64,000 nt of DNA from Eledone cirrhosa (taxonomy: Eukaryota), in NCBI GenBank assembly GCA_964016885.1, contig OZ024740.1:356996001-357060000 (forward strand). Direction: 5' to 3'. Under the pieces are notes generated by a model, which saw only the letters and a program-made list of their open reading frames with translations, did not search any database and was not told where the DNA came from. Made by a program: the position numbers and the translations under genes. Below are positions 12,736 through 24,938 of the stretch, one piece after another; within the stretch, counting starts at the first letter, position 1; each line of letters begins with the position of its first letter.

Positions 12736-13249
12736 GCTCTAATACTACAAGTTTTTTACAATGATCTGTGTAATAGTAAAATCACTATAAAAATTCGAAT
12801 TAGCAAAATAATTTATAGACATTTTCTTTAAAATCATTAAAGGATTTTAAAAGTTAATCATAATGTTTCTTTCCTTCCTAAACTATTTTTCTCTGTGGTA
12901 TTTTTCGGAATATATTAATTTAGTAGTGGCTGCTTGCGTATGATATGTTTCACATTTGAATCGACTCTTCTTAATTTAAGCCATTAATCAAAACAAGAAT
13001 ACGAATATGACAACTAACGTTTCAGGAATAATTTGCGAATCTGATCCATTGATATGTGCAAGAGGAACTAATCGCTGCTTTATTCAGACGGGCACAAATT
13101 TTGAACTGTACACCTCAAACTACAAAACCGTTCATTACACATGGTCTGCGAATTAACCCGGAGAAGGAGTAATTACGATGGAATCCGCATACCTTTGAGT
13201 TACGGCTGACCGTAACTATACATACATACGTACGTATACATACATACAT

Positions 13250-13845
13250 GGTGGCTGCCAACTCGTTTTCGAGTACGGCCACTACTTTATATCCATGTAG
13301 GAGAACCCCTACCGATGCGCTGAACGAGTGTGACTTTTTAGTCCAGCCAGTGACTTGAAAACTCTGGTACAAACACTACACTTGTGACAATTACTGACAC
13401 ATAGTGCTGGGCCCATGGTACCATGTGACGACAAGTGCAGAGAGATCTCCAGATATAAAGCAATGCCTGTGCCGTGAAGCTTTTATAGTGAGCAAAGGCA
13501 CTGCACAAAGCCAGTCCCACTCTCTTAACCAAGATGATATTTACCAAAAAGAAGAACAAGTCAACATCATTGGATACCATCAGGGTTGCAGGTGTTATAT
13601 CAGAGTTTTCCTTCTCCTAGAATTCTGCCTTGACAAAGGCTAAGGGGTCATCTCTCCCGGTGATTTTGGATGGCCATTGACTCTTAAGAGCTCCTTTGCC
13701 CTTTGACAGGTTTTGTTTTTAGTCCTGCAGGATGTCCAATGTCATCCTCCTCACCAAGAAACCTTGGTGGGTTTGCCAGTTTAGTCGCCAACGACCCGAC
13801 CATGGGACAGGTTGTACTGGGATACATGTTACCAGTAGCACCAAC
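13250..13845 (-). mobile_element. ~600-bp RTE-derived non-autonomous retroposon, copy 1
   Basis: repeated six times in the window; 3' part encodes an RTE C2H2 remnant (CSVCTRVFKSL.GLKSHTRSAH); ACTCGAAAACGAGT stem-loop; (ATGT)n tail. Confidence 0.85.
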
Positions 13846-13891
13846 ATACATACATACATACATACATACATACATACATACATACATACAT

Positions 13892-14477
13892 ACACTTTTG
13901 CAATCCAAGAACAGGAAATCATCTCGAAATACCTGATTCACAAAAGAGATAGGGATGCAGGAAAAACACTTAGATGTGAGAAGTACAGACTCTGCAGAAT
14001 TAACATCGAAGATGTCACCCATGTCATAAGCAGCTGTCCAAAGATGTCATCGCAGTACTATCTACCTATGAGGCATGATGTACTGGCCAAAACACTGTAC
14101 AATGCAATCCGTAGAAGCTACAGCAATGTGGAAGACATACATATACATAATATGAAAGAGTACTGGTGGAATGTTCCAGTAAAAACCCCAATAAAGTGCA
14201 AGCATAACAGACCAAATATAATGATATGGGAGAGGGAAAAGAAGGCATGCACAGTAGTGGAAGTTAGCTGTCCAACAGATGCCAATATAATATCAAAGAT
14301 TAGCGAAAAGGAGAATATTTATGCAGAACTAATGAGAAATCTGCAGAAACTCCACCCTGACTATACTTTCAGATTTATGCCTGTGATTATTGGAGCACTG
14401 GGATATGTTAGTAACAGCTTCAATACAAATCTCGAGAAGCTGGGCTTCACAGAAACACAAAGAACACAACTAGTTAG
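13892..14477 (+). mobile_element. R4/Dong family B 3' fragment, left part (interrupted by Gypsy)
   Basis: FAIQEQEI, RLC..H..SC, RHD, RPNI..W...VEVSCP; continues at 19453; similar to 26885-27800. Confidence 0.9.
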
Positions 14478-14758
14478 TGCTGTATTCCTCTCGGTACTCG
14501 CAGAGAAAACACAACGAGTTATATCAAATAATTTGTGTATTGTACGAAACAACCAAAACGCCCCTCCTCACGGTAGCAGAATAACATAAAGTAAGTGCCA
14601 GCAGCAGTCTGTGACCGAGTTTTGAATACCAACGCTGACTGACTGCCCAGGTCACGTGATTCATATGCAAATGTGTGAGCACGTGTAAATTGAATAAAAC
14701 GAATTTAACAGTCCATACAACAATGAGGTTGTGAGTTCGATTCCCAGTCCATACAACA
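14478..14758 (-). repeat. 3' LTR
   Basis: direct repeat of 19172-19452 with about 9 mismatches counted by eye. Confidence 0.95.
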
Positions 14759-17700
14759 CCTCCCCACCGAAATTGATGCGACAAAAGAAGCATCAAAGCA
14801 AAGTCTCTCTGGGGGTTTACGAGTTCTCTTGGACCGTCTTCGATTGTCTGGTCCATACTCTGGAACGGGCAATAAGGTCTTGGGTCTGGTCTGTCTTGGA
14901 GTTAGTGGCACGATTTCCGAGATCTCCATCGGGTGATCTGTTGCAAATTCAAAAACAGTGTCTACTGCATCAACAGGTTCATTGTCTTCCTCAGTAGTGT
15001 ACCGCGGTTGCGGCTGTTCCCAGTGTCGTCTCCACACCGGGCCATGAGGTATGACCTTAACGTTGAAGCAGCGAGTACCCAATGACTTCTTAATGATTGC
15101 TGGTACCCATCGGGGATCTTTGTCTTGGCGAGGTCCGTAGTACAGTGCATACACAGGATCTCCAGCCTTGTACTGCCTGGTAACCTTAGCGACACCTGCC
15201 GAGTCCGGAGTCATCTGAGACTTATATGCTTCCTTAGACTGCTTGCCTTGAGCGATGTGTGCTGGCGAGGGCAGCAGAGAATCAATCCTTGTCCGTATCT
15301 GCCGGTGATTCAAAAATTCACTCGGAGAGAATCCACTGGATGTCGGTGTTCTCCGGTACTGCATCAAGAACTCTTGAAGTGCTCGCTTCGGCGGAAGAGA
15401 AGTCTTCCTCAGAGCTTGTTTGAAGGTCTGCACCAAACGTTCCGCTGCTCCGTTGGTAGCTGGGTGGTAAGGTGCCCCTGTCAGGTGCGTGATCCCACGT
15501 TCTTTGCACCAGCTCTGGAACTCCTCAGAAATAAAAGTTGGTGTGTTATCGGTGACTAGCGTGTGAGGAAATCCGAAGTGCGCAAAACTTCTTCAAGCAG
15601 ATCTAAAGTGGCTCTGGAGGACGTGGATGACGTAGGATGAATGCATGGATACTTGGAATAAGCATCCGTGATCACCAACCAATTACTACCCATGAAATTT
15701 ATTGCGTGGTCCAGGTGTAAGCGGCTCCACGGCTTTTCAGGTAACATCCATGGGTGAACTGGAGACTTGGATGGCTGGTTTTGATGTTCACCACACGAAT
15801 CACATTGTCGACTGGTTTTCTCTATAGCAGCATCGATACCAGGCCAATAAACAGCACTTCTTGCCAATTGTTTCATGCGCTCCATGCCAAAGTGTCCGAG
15901 ATGCAGAAGATTGAGGATCTTTGGCTGAAGGTTATGTGGAATCACAACTCTCGATCCATGGATAAGGCATCCGTGGCAGATACTGAGTGAATCCGATAAC
16001 TTCCGGAACTTATTGACTTCGTCATTGATCTCAGTATTCTTTGGTGGCCAGCCTTCACGGACGTAGCGTATCACTGTAGATATCACTGGATCTTTCCCTG
16101 ACTCTTGACGGAGGACGTTAGCATCGATAGGTTGGACTTGAAGACTGAGAGCTTTGATGGCGCACACCATGTCCATGTCTTCACCATTTTCCTTCCTGTC
16201 AAAGTCGATGTCATTACCAAATGGCAAGCGACTGAGGGCATCTGCATTGCCATGATCCGCTGTTTTCCGATATTCGATGGTGTAGTCAAACTGGTTCAGC
16301 CACAGGGCCCACCTTGCTAGTCGGTTAGCAGCGAGAAGTGGCGTCCCTTTCCTCGGACTGAACAGTGATGTCAGTGGCTTGTGGTCAGTTACAAGTATAA
16401 GCTGATGTCCGTACAGATACTGATAGAACTTCTGCAAGCCAAATATGATGGCCAGGGCTTCCTTTTGAATTTGGCCGTAGTTACGATGTGCAGAAGTAAG
16501 AGTTTTGGACACATTGGATATTGGGCGCTCGCTTCCATCAGCATAACGATGAAACAGGACTGCTCCAATACCAACGTTTGACGCGTCGCAAGCCAGTCCC
16601 AAAGTTTTGTTTGGATCGAAGTGTATCAGAACTCGATCCGATGAAAGCACATTTTTCAACTGATCGAAAGCTGACTGTTCTTCATCTCCCCACTTCCAAG
16701 TAGTCGTTTTTTTCGTAAGGCAATAGAGTGGCTCTGCCATGCTGGCCAGGTTTGGGATAAACTTTCCATAGAACTGAACTGACCCCAGGAAAGACTTCAA
16801 GCTTGAGACGTTCGTTGGAGGTGGCATCTTTAAAACTGCTTCGACCTTGGATCCCTTCGCGATCCCTTCAGCCGACAAGGTGTATCCAAGGTATTCCACA
16901 CTGGGTAGTGCAAACTGGCACTTGTCACGGCGACATCTGAGTCCTTTGTCGCACAGACGTGTGAGCAAACACTTTAGGTTGTTCAGGTGATCGTTTGCAT
17001 CTTTCCCACTGACGAGCATGTCGTCCTGGAAGACGGCCACACCAGGTAGATCTTGAGTCAGGTTTTCCATGATCTCCTGAAAGTAACCAGGTGCTGACTT
17101 GATTCTGAAAGGGAGTCATTCCTGCAGGAGCACCCCACGGTGAGTGCTGAGTGCAAGCCTGCGTTGACTTTCTGGAGCCAGCTTGATCTGATTATAAGCA
17201 TCAGCAAGATCAATCTTTGTGTATCCGAATCCACCTCCGAGCTTCTGCATCAGTTCCTCTGGGAGTGGCATTGGATAACGATGATCTGCAAGTTGGTCAT
17301 TAATTCCCACACAGTAGTCACCACAAATCCGTAGTTTGGGCTTCAGGTTGCCTGAAGTGTGTGCTTTACAAATCGGTACCACTGGCGTTCCGTATTCGTT
17401 GAACTGTACTGGCTTCCAGATTCCTTTGGCGATGCCTTCTTCGTAACCTTTGGCCAGGTCATCACGAAGAGCAAACGGGACCGAGCGTGCCTTGTGAAAG
17501 ACCGGTGTCGCGTCTGACTTGAACTTCACTTCCAGTTCGAAGTCATTAAGACATCCCAATTCTTGCTTGAAGAGATCTGGGAATTCATCACACATGTTGT
17601 GACAATCTCGTTGCGTGGAAATATAGGGCGCATTTGAGGTCTCTGGATGCATCACTTCTGCACCCTCACTCTTGGCCTGGCTGTCTATGCTTTTCAATCC

Positions 17701-19020
17701 TAGAGCATTGTCCACGGAAATTCCCAGAGTCTGGATAGCGTTTCGTCCCAGCAAATTAAGATCAGGGATCTTGGTGACGATGTAGGGTATTGAATTCCGT
17801 TTACCGGTCGTTGGATCCTTGGTTTGGCCCATGAAAGTTCCCAGAACGGGCAGGTCGTGCTTGCTGGCAGATTCAAACCGATGTTTGACATCTTGCAGCT
17901 TCGGTTTTCCTAATTGTTTCCAAACTGACAAGGAAACAAAATTGCCTGTAGTAGCTGTGTCCAATTCCATTGTGAAAAGTCTGTTCTGGATTGTTATTGG
18001 CACATTCAAACTATGAGTATCGTGGGGAACTTCACCAAGGATCGCCTTGACTAGCTCAGCTTTCGTGATTCTTTTCACGTAATTCTGTGAGCGATGATTA
18101 CGTTGCTGATGTTGTTTCTTTCTACACACCGCTTGCAAATGTCCCTTTTTGTCACAAAAATGACATTTGGCTTCTTTGAAGGGGCAGTCTGTCGCTTTGT
18201 GTGCCTTTCCACATCGGTAGTCTGTGGAATAAGACTGCTGATGGTTCTTTCGAGGACCCTTGTTCTTGTTCTGCTGGACCTTGTAGACTTGCTTGGTTTT
18301 GGAACCGTAAACAGTTTCCTTGGCAACCTTTGCTGCGTCTTCGGTCCCGATGGCAACTTGGACAGCACGGGCGAAATCTAGTTCTGTATCCTTGATCTTG
18401 AAAATAGCCTTCAACACAGCTTCATTATTGACAGAACATATAAATCTCTGTCTTAGAGCTTCATCTTGTGGATTTGTGATCAAAGGAAAATCACAGGTAG
18501 CTGCATCCTAACGTATACGTGCTGCCAGCTCCTGGAGAGTTTCGCCTGGTTTCCGTTGCATGTCACTCCAGAACTTGAAACGTTCTCTCACAATGAAAGG
18601 TTTTGGGTCGAACTGTTCTTTCATGAAGTCAACAATTTCGTCCATTGTCAACTTGTTGATATCCTTAGGCGGATTTTGTTGAGCAGCCAGATTTGGAAGT
18701 TGTTTGTAGATAGCAGCCGTCTGATTAGTCAGGAACACTTGTGCCATGCGTTGCTCGGGTACAGCGTTAGCAGCCACAAACGTGCAGAATCTTGACCAGT
18801 AATCAGGCCATAGTTCTGTTGTTGAATCAAAAGCAGCAAATGGTGGGATGAATGCTGTTGGTGTCGAAGCAACTGGCGACGCCAATAAACTCTGTTGTTC
18901 AGAATCTCGAGCACCAAACAGTTTCATCAGAGTTTCCATATCTTTCTTGTGTTGTTGCATTTGTTGTTCCATCTGTTCTCTAAACAACTTCATTAGCTCC
19001 GCTGTTTGTTGTTCCGCCAT
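14759..19020 (-). pseudogene. gag-pol polyprotein with two in-frame stops and a frameshift
   Basis: CCHC CHFCDKKGHLQAVC, protease ELDTAT, RT KIDLADAY and FQDD, RNase H CDAS/TDHKPL, integrase HHCC and HLDH..DAYSK; stops at 18508 and 17116, frameshift near 15580. Confidence 0.93.
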
Positions 19021-19042
19021 GTTTTTATGATAAACAATTTCC

Positions 19043-19152
19043 CGGCAATGTAGGTAAATCCTATCGGCAATGTAGGTAAATCCTATCGGCAACGTAGGTA
19101 AATCCTATCGGCAATGTAGGTAAATCCTATCGGCAATGTAGGTAAATCCTAT
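19043..19152. repeat. 22-bp tandem repeat x5 in the Gypsy leader
   Basis: CGGCAATGTAGGTAAATCCTAT units. Confidence 0.95.
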
Positions 19153-19171
19153 CGTCGACGCCAATAAACTC

Positions 19172-19452
19172 TGTTGTATTCCTCTCGGTACTCGCAGAGA
19201 AAACACAACGAGTTATATCAAATAATTTGTGTATTGTACGAAACAACCAAAACGCCACTCCTCACAGTAGCAGAATAACATAAAGTTAGTACCAGCAGCA
19301 ATCTGTGACCGAGTTGTTAATACCAACGCTGACTGACTGCCCAGGTCACGTGATTCATATGCAAATGTGTGAGCACGTGTAAATTGAATAAAACGAATTT
19401 AACAGTCCATACAACAATGAGGTTGTGAGTTCGATTACCAGTCCATACAACA
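19172..19452 (-). repeat. 5' LTR
   Basis: TGTTGTA...TACAACA, followed on the minus strand by the PBS. Confidence 0.95.
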
Positions 19453-19735
19453 GTTAGGAAATTACAAGTACAATCCATTAATGGAACATCTAATATCTGC
19501 ATATATACACATGTACAGATACAAAACATATGCACATGCACACACACAACTCAAAACATACACCTCCTCACATTCAATAACATCCATACCTGCACACACA
19601 TGCATGCAGACATGCATACATATCTACCTAGTTGATGTTGTGTAAATTCCAATGAGGGAGTCTTGTAACTATGCTAGAAACCGACTCTCTCTCTCTCTAT
19701 TGGCAAAAAATTGTGAAATTATAAAACCAGAAGAA
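19453..19735 (+). mobile_element. R4/Dong family B 3' end and UTR, right part
   Basis: resumes GTTAGGAAATTACAAGTAC; matches 27499-27805; ends in (ATAC)n. Confidence 0.88.
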
Positions 19736-19813
19736 CATACATACATACATGCATACATGCATACATACATACATACATACATACATACATACATACATAC
19801 ATACATACATACA

Positions 19814-19844
<31 letters not shown>

Positions 19845-19942
19845 CATACATACATACATACGTACGTACATACGCACGTACATACATACGCACGTACACA
19901 CATACATACATATATACTTACGTACATACATACATACATACA

Positions 19943-22900
19943 ATGGCGACCGTTGTGGTCAGTGTCCGATAATTGGACGTGTGTAATTACGGCTTACATG
20001 AAGGCAACATACCATATATTGGAAAAAGTTGAGCTACATTACGCGGTAAGATTACATACAATAATTCTACATAAGTGTTTGAACTGTAAGTGTGTTGTAA
20101 AACACCTATTTATATGAACGATACATACACTTATGATATATGAACGATACATACACTTTAACATATAAATGCAACGTTGTTATATTACATTTATAAAGAA
20201 ATATAAAAGTAACGTTTTCGATTCAGAAACAAAAATATAAGTGTTTGAACTGTGAATGTTGTGAATATGTTGTAGAACACCTATTTATATGAATGATACA
20301 TAAACTTTAACATATAAATACAGCGTTGTTATATTATATTACATTCGTAAAGGAATATACTAAGTAACGGTTCTTTTTGTTCTCGATTCAAACGATTCAA
20401 GAACAACGTTTAAAACACAGTTGTAGAATTAAAAACTAACTGAAAAGAAATATTACCCAAGCTGTGAATAACTTTAAATTTGATTCTGACAGAACTTTGT
20501 CGTAACTTTTAAAGAAGATCATCGACTATTTAAAAAAAATAAATACAAAATATTAGTGAATAGACGAACTCATCATGGCAAAAAGTACAAGTCTCCTTCG
20601 ACCAAATCGCAATTACAACCGTTGTATACAGTGGAGCTACGAGCTTAACAAAGAATTATATGAAGCATACAAACAATCTGAACCCCAAAAGTTCGGTTTT
20701 ATGCAAAGGCTAAAAACTTTATGGAACTCCAAACACCCAGAATTAGACTTTTCTCCAAAGCATCTAAATGAACAGGCAAAACGTATCATTAGATGTAAAT
20801 TGATACATCTAACGGAATCGAGTGATACTACAAATACAGCCCTTGTAGACAACCACCCCACCTCCACTGACAGACAAAGAGAATGGCCGGCTAAATCTAA
20901 CAGTGAACAGCTCACCAACAATTTTGCTGAAATCCATCCCACTTCCACTGAAGAACAGCGAGAAAGGTCAGCTGACTCTAGTAGTAATTGTCACCACATC
21001 AACAACGAGGCTGCAATTCATGACTCTACTGAACAAACAGAGCACCAAAAACTTGTGGGCACCCTACAAGTGATATGGAACGATATGTTTCAAGAGATAC
21101 ACAGCCTTAATGTGAGTGACAGACCATACAACACTAGAGTCAGTAAAGAACCCACTAAATTGGAATTGGAAGCGGTGAACGAAATAGCTGGCAATTATCT
21201 GAAGGCTATACGATCTAAAGGTGTAGAAACGACATTTGAAACGCTCAATGTTTTGTTATATGTTTCAGCTGTCACATTGCTATCATATAACACACATCTA
21301 AAACCACGCAATCAAGATACAAACAGAAAGCCTGAACCAGCGTGGATGCGAAATTTAAAAACCAAAATTTTGTCCCTGAGACGAAGTATCTCACACATCG
21401 CAGTCGTTATGAAATGCAACATAGAGAGAAACTTCACACGACACCAAGAAGACCTAAAGAAAAAGTTAGAGAGACGATTTGGAGATACCAAATTTAAAAC
21501 TTTGAACTCCAAATTACACCAGTTGAAACAACAACTCACAGCTACAACAGAAAGACTAAAATATAAGTCAACAGCCCATAAACGACAAGTGCTAAATAGA
21601 TTGTTTGCCAGAGATCCTAAATCAGTTTATCGCAGCTTCGGTGGCAAAAGCTCAATCCCTGTAAACGACACCCCTTCAAAAGAACAGGTTGAGAACTACT
21701 GGAGATCTGTATGGGAAACGGATGACGGATTCAACAGACAAGCTAATTGGCTAAAACAACTGGAACAGGACTACTGCCAACATGTCCAGACAAAACAATA
21801 TGACATAGATGGGTCAATACTGGAAACAGCTCTACAGAAAATGTCGAATAGGAAATCGCCAGGCCCAGACCTCATTACAGGATACTGGTTGAAGAATTTC
21901 ACTTTCTATCGGCAAGATCTCATACGGCTGTTTACAGAAACCATTAAGGGCACACAAGAACTGCCCAGATGGTTATCAACTGCCACTACTCTCCTCATTC
22001 CCAAAAATAGCCAAACCACCCTTGCTAAAAATTACCGCCCAATTGCCTGCCAAAACATCATGTATAAATTATATACTGGGTGCCTTAACCTGTTCTTACA
22101 GGATCACTGTGCTACCAACAACATCATAACACCTGAGCAAGCTGGTGGAAAGAGGGAGGTGTGGGGTTGCATAGATCACCTACTAACTAACAAAATGATT
22201 CAGGTAAAAACAACAAAGAATCGCAGAAACATGACTGTCGTGTGGCTGGACTATCAAAAAGCATTTGATAGTGTACCTCATGGGTGGATTATTAAGGCTT
22301 TACAGTTAGCTAAAGTCCCACAACCATTAGTAGCTGCTGTTGAACGCCTGACCAAGAACTGGTACACCAATTTGATCCTTAGAGGTGAGAAGGAGCAGGT
22401 TAAGACTGATAGGATACATTACCAGAAGGGCATCTTTCAGGGTGATAGCTTGTCAGTACTACTCTTCGTTCTCTCACTGAATCCACTATCTTACCTACTC
22501 AGGAAACAAGGTGGACAAAGAAGTGGGCCCAGAAGTATCTCCCATCTTTTCTTTGTTGATGACCTGAAGTTGTATGGGCCAAATATCAATGACATCAAGA
22601 AACAATTGGACCTCATTACACAATTTTCAACCGACATCAAAATGAAATTTGGTGAGTCCAAGTGTGCATATTTGGCAGTAAAACGTGGAAGAGCTGTGCC
22701 CTCTTCTAGAAATCTAGATATGAACGGCCTGACAATACAACCTCTGCAGTCAGGTGACAACTACAGATATCTTGGACAGGATGAGAATGTCAGATATGAT
22801 GGACCCATAAATAAGGAGAGAACCAGAACTGAATACCTCAGAAGAGTAAAAAAAATATGGTCATCAGAACTGTCAGCATACAACAAATACATTGCCCACA

Positions 22901-24164
22901 ATACCTATGCTGTGCCAATTATAACGCCAACATTTGGCCTACTGAACTGGTCATTGCAAGAACTAAGTGAGATGGATGTTAGAACTCGTAAACTTCTCAG
23001 TGTTACTGGGAACTTTAACATCAATGGTGATGTGGATAGGCTATACTTCTCACGCAAGGAAGGTGGCCGGGGTCTAAAATCAATATTAACAACATATGAG
23101 ACCCGGATAGTAACACTGAAGCAACACCTTCAACAGAGGAAAAAGGTTGGCGACCATCTTGCTCAGGTTTATGAGCATGAAAAAAGAAATATCATTAGAA
23201 TAGCGACTGATCTGGAGGAGAGATATGGAATAAAGCCTGATATAAATCTCTCACCCAGAGAAATCGGAAGATCCTATTCAATGTTCAAACAAGAAAAAAA
23301 AATTGACCAATTTACAGAGAAAGTTGTGCATGGATACTTGAGGCGTAAAACACAGACCATAGAGGGGATAAACCACTCAAAAAGCCTGGCATGGAGTTCC
23401 GACAAGTTTATGACATCACACCTTGAGGGATATCTCTATGCAATACAGGAACAAGAACTCCCTACCAAATATCTGCTGCACAAAAGAGGAGGGCCAGCAG
23501 CTGACAATAAATGTAGGCTATGTAAAACAAAGATCGAGGATGTAAGCCACATTGTTGCCAGCTGCGAAAGAATGTCATCTCGCTACTACCTCCCCATGAG
23601 ACACGATGGGATAGCTAGAACTATCTGGAACGCACTTCGGAAAACAAAATTAACAACAAACGAAGAAGAATATATTGAGACAGATGGCACTAAGGAATAC
23701 TGGTGGAACCTGAAAATAAAAACTGCCACCAAATTAAAGCACAACCGGCCTGATATTGTAGTTTGGGACCACACATTGAAAACGTGTTCTGTTGTGGAGA
23801 TCAGCTGCCCACTTGATGTAAACGTTGTCAGAAAAATACAGGAGAAGGAGGACATCTACGGACCATTGATGAGGAGCTTACAAATCCAGTATCCAAGATA
23901 CACCTTTAGCTTCATACCCATCATTATTGGTGCTACGGGTTATATACCAACCCGCTTGGACCAAAGTATGACCGAACTTGGATTTGCGGACAAAAAGCGC
24001 AGCTCCCTAATTCATAGTCTACAAATGGCTGCGATAGCTGGCACCTTCAAAATATGCAAAACATTCTTGCGATTCAAGGGATGACAATTTCTTTTCTTTT
24101 ACAACCTTGCCACCAGGAAGGTGGCCGGTCAAAAAAATATACTCGAAATTAAGAGAAAGAGAAA
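19943..24164 (+). mobile_element. apparently full-length R4/Dong-clade non-LTR retrotransposon (family A) within (ATAC)n
   Basis: ~630-bp 5' UTR, single ORF, ~80-bp 3' UTR, (ATAC)n on both sides. Confidence 0.9.
20575..24084 (+). CDS. reverse transcriptase + CCHC + restriction-like endonuclease (R4/Dong ORF), 1169 aa, uninterrupted
   Basis: PGPD, YRPI, EQAG, DYQKAFDSVPH, GIFQGDSLS, FVDD, YLG, GGRGL; CRLC..H..SC; RHD..RPDIVV..VEISCP..K..Y. Confidence 0.95.
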   Translation: MAKSTSLLRPNRNYNRCIQWSYELNKELYEAYKQSEPQKFGFMQRLKTLWNSKHPELDFSPKHLNEQAKRIIRCKLIHLTESSDTTNTALVDNHPTSTDRQREWPAKSNSEQLTNNFAEIHPTSTEEQRERSADSSSNCHHINNEAAIHDSTEQTEHQKLVGTLQVIWNDMFQEIHSLNVSDRPYNTRVSKEPTKLELEAVNEIAGNYLKAIRSKGVETTFETLNVLLYVSAVTLLSYNTHLKPRNQDTNRKPEPAWMRNLKTKILSLRRSISHIAVVMKCNIERNFTRHQEDLKKKLERRFGDTKFKTLNSKLHQLKQQLTATTERLKYKSTAHKRQVLNRLFARDPKSVYRSFGGKSSIPVNDTPSKEQVENYWRSVWETDDGFNRQANWLKQLEQDYCQHVQTKQYDIDGSILETALQKMSNRKSPGPDLITGYWLKNFTFYRQDLIRLFTETIKGTQELPRWLSTATTLLIPKNSQTTLAKNYRPIACQNIMYKLYTGCLNLFLQDHCATNNIITPEQAGGKREVWGCIDHLLTNKMIQVKTTKNRRNMTVVWLDYQKAFDSVPHGWIIKALQLAKVPQPLVAAVERLTKNWYTNLILRGEKEQVKTDRIHYQKGIFQGDSLSVLLFVLSLNPLSYLLRKQGGQRSGPRSISHLFFVDDLKLYGPNINDIKKQLDLITQFSTDIKMKFGESKCAYLAVKRGRAVPSSRNLDMNGLTIQPLQSGDNYRYLGQDENVRYDGPINKERTRTEYLRRVKKIWSSELSAYNKYIAHNTYAVPIITPTFGLLNWSLQELSEMDVRTRKLLSVTGNFNINGDVDRLYFSRKEGGRGLKSILTTYETRIVTLKQHLQQRKKVGDHLAQVYEHEKRNIIRIATDLEERYGIKPDINLSPREIGRSYSMFKQEKKIDQFTEKVVHGYLRRKTQTIEGINHSKSLAWSSDKFMTSHLEGYLYAIQEQELPTKYLLHKRGGPAADNKCRLCKTKIEDVSHIVASCERMSSRYYLPMRHDGIARTIWNALRKTKLTTNEEEYIETDGTKEYWWNLKIKTATKLKHNRPDIVVWDHTLKTCSVVEISCPLDVNVVRKIQEKEDIYGPLMRSLQIQYPRYTFSFIPIIIGATGYIPTRLDQSMTELGFADKKRSSLIHSLQMAAIAGTFKICKTFLRFKG

Positions 24165-24244
24165 ACATACATACATACATACATACATACATACATACAT
24201 ACATACATACATACATACATACATACATACATACATACATACAT

Positions 24245-24852
24245 GGTGGCTGCCAACTCGTTTTCGAGTACGGCCACCACTTTATATCCATGTAGGAGAA
24301 CCCCAACCGATGCGCTGAACGAGTGTGACTTTTTAGTCCAGCCAGCGACTTGAAAACTCTGGTACAAACACTACACCTGTGACAATTATTGACACATAGT
24401 GCTGGGCCCATGGTACCATGTGACGACAAGGGCAGAGAGATCTCCAGATATAAAGCAATGCCTGTGCCGTGAAGCTTTTATAGTGAGCAAAGGCACTGCA
24501 CAAAGCCAGTCCCACTCTCTTAACCAAGATGATATTTACCAAAAAGAAGAACAAGTCAACATCATTGGATACCATCAGAGTTGCAGATGTTATATCAGAG
24601 TTTTCCTTCTCCTAGAATTCTGCCTTGACAAAGGCTAAGGGGTCATCTCTCCCGGTGATTTTGGATGGCCATTGACTCTTAAGAGCTCCTTTGCCCTTTG
24701 ACAGGTTTTGTTTTTAGTCCTGCAGGATGTCCAAAGTCACCCTCCTCACCAAGAAACCTTGGTGGGGTTGCTAGTTTAGTCGCCAACGACCCGACCATGA
24801 GACAGGTTGTACTGGGATACATGTTACCAGTAGCACCAAGTGGTGACCTGAC
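24245..24852 (-). mobile_element. RTE-derived non-autonomous retroposon, copy 2 (full)
   Basis: near-identical to copy 1; (ATAC)n on both sides. Confidence 0.88.
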
Positions 24853-24938
24853 ATACATACATACATACATACATACATACATACATACATACATACATAC
24901 ATACATACATACATACATACATACATACATACGTACAT

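Larger units (their letters stand above)
14478..19452 (-). mobile_element. full-length Ty3/Gypsy (Mag-like) LTR retrotransposon
   Basis: 281-bp LTRs with TG..CA ends, 5-bp TSD GTTAG (14473-14477, 19453-19457), PBS-like TGGCGTCGACG, PPT GGTGGGGAGG, gag-PR-RT-RH-IN order. Confidence 0.96.

Noticed and set aside
13338-13643. recurring 79-80-aa ORFs (MVSNDVDL..., MLGPWYH...) as a small gene family
   Set aside because: They recur only because the non-autonomous retroposon is repeated; no protein motif
19043-19152. 22-bp repeats as a CRISPR array
   Set aside because: Contiguous tandem units with no spacers, inside an LTR element leader
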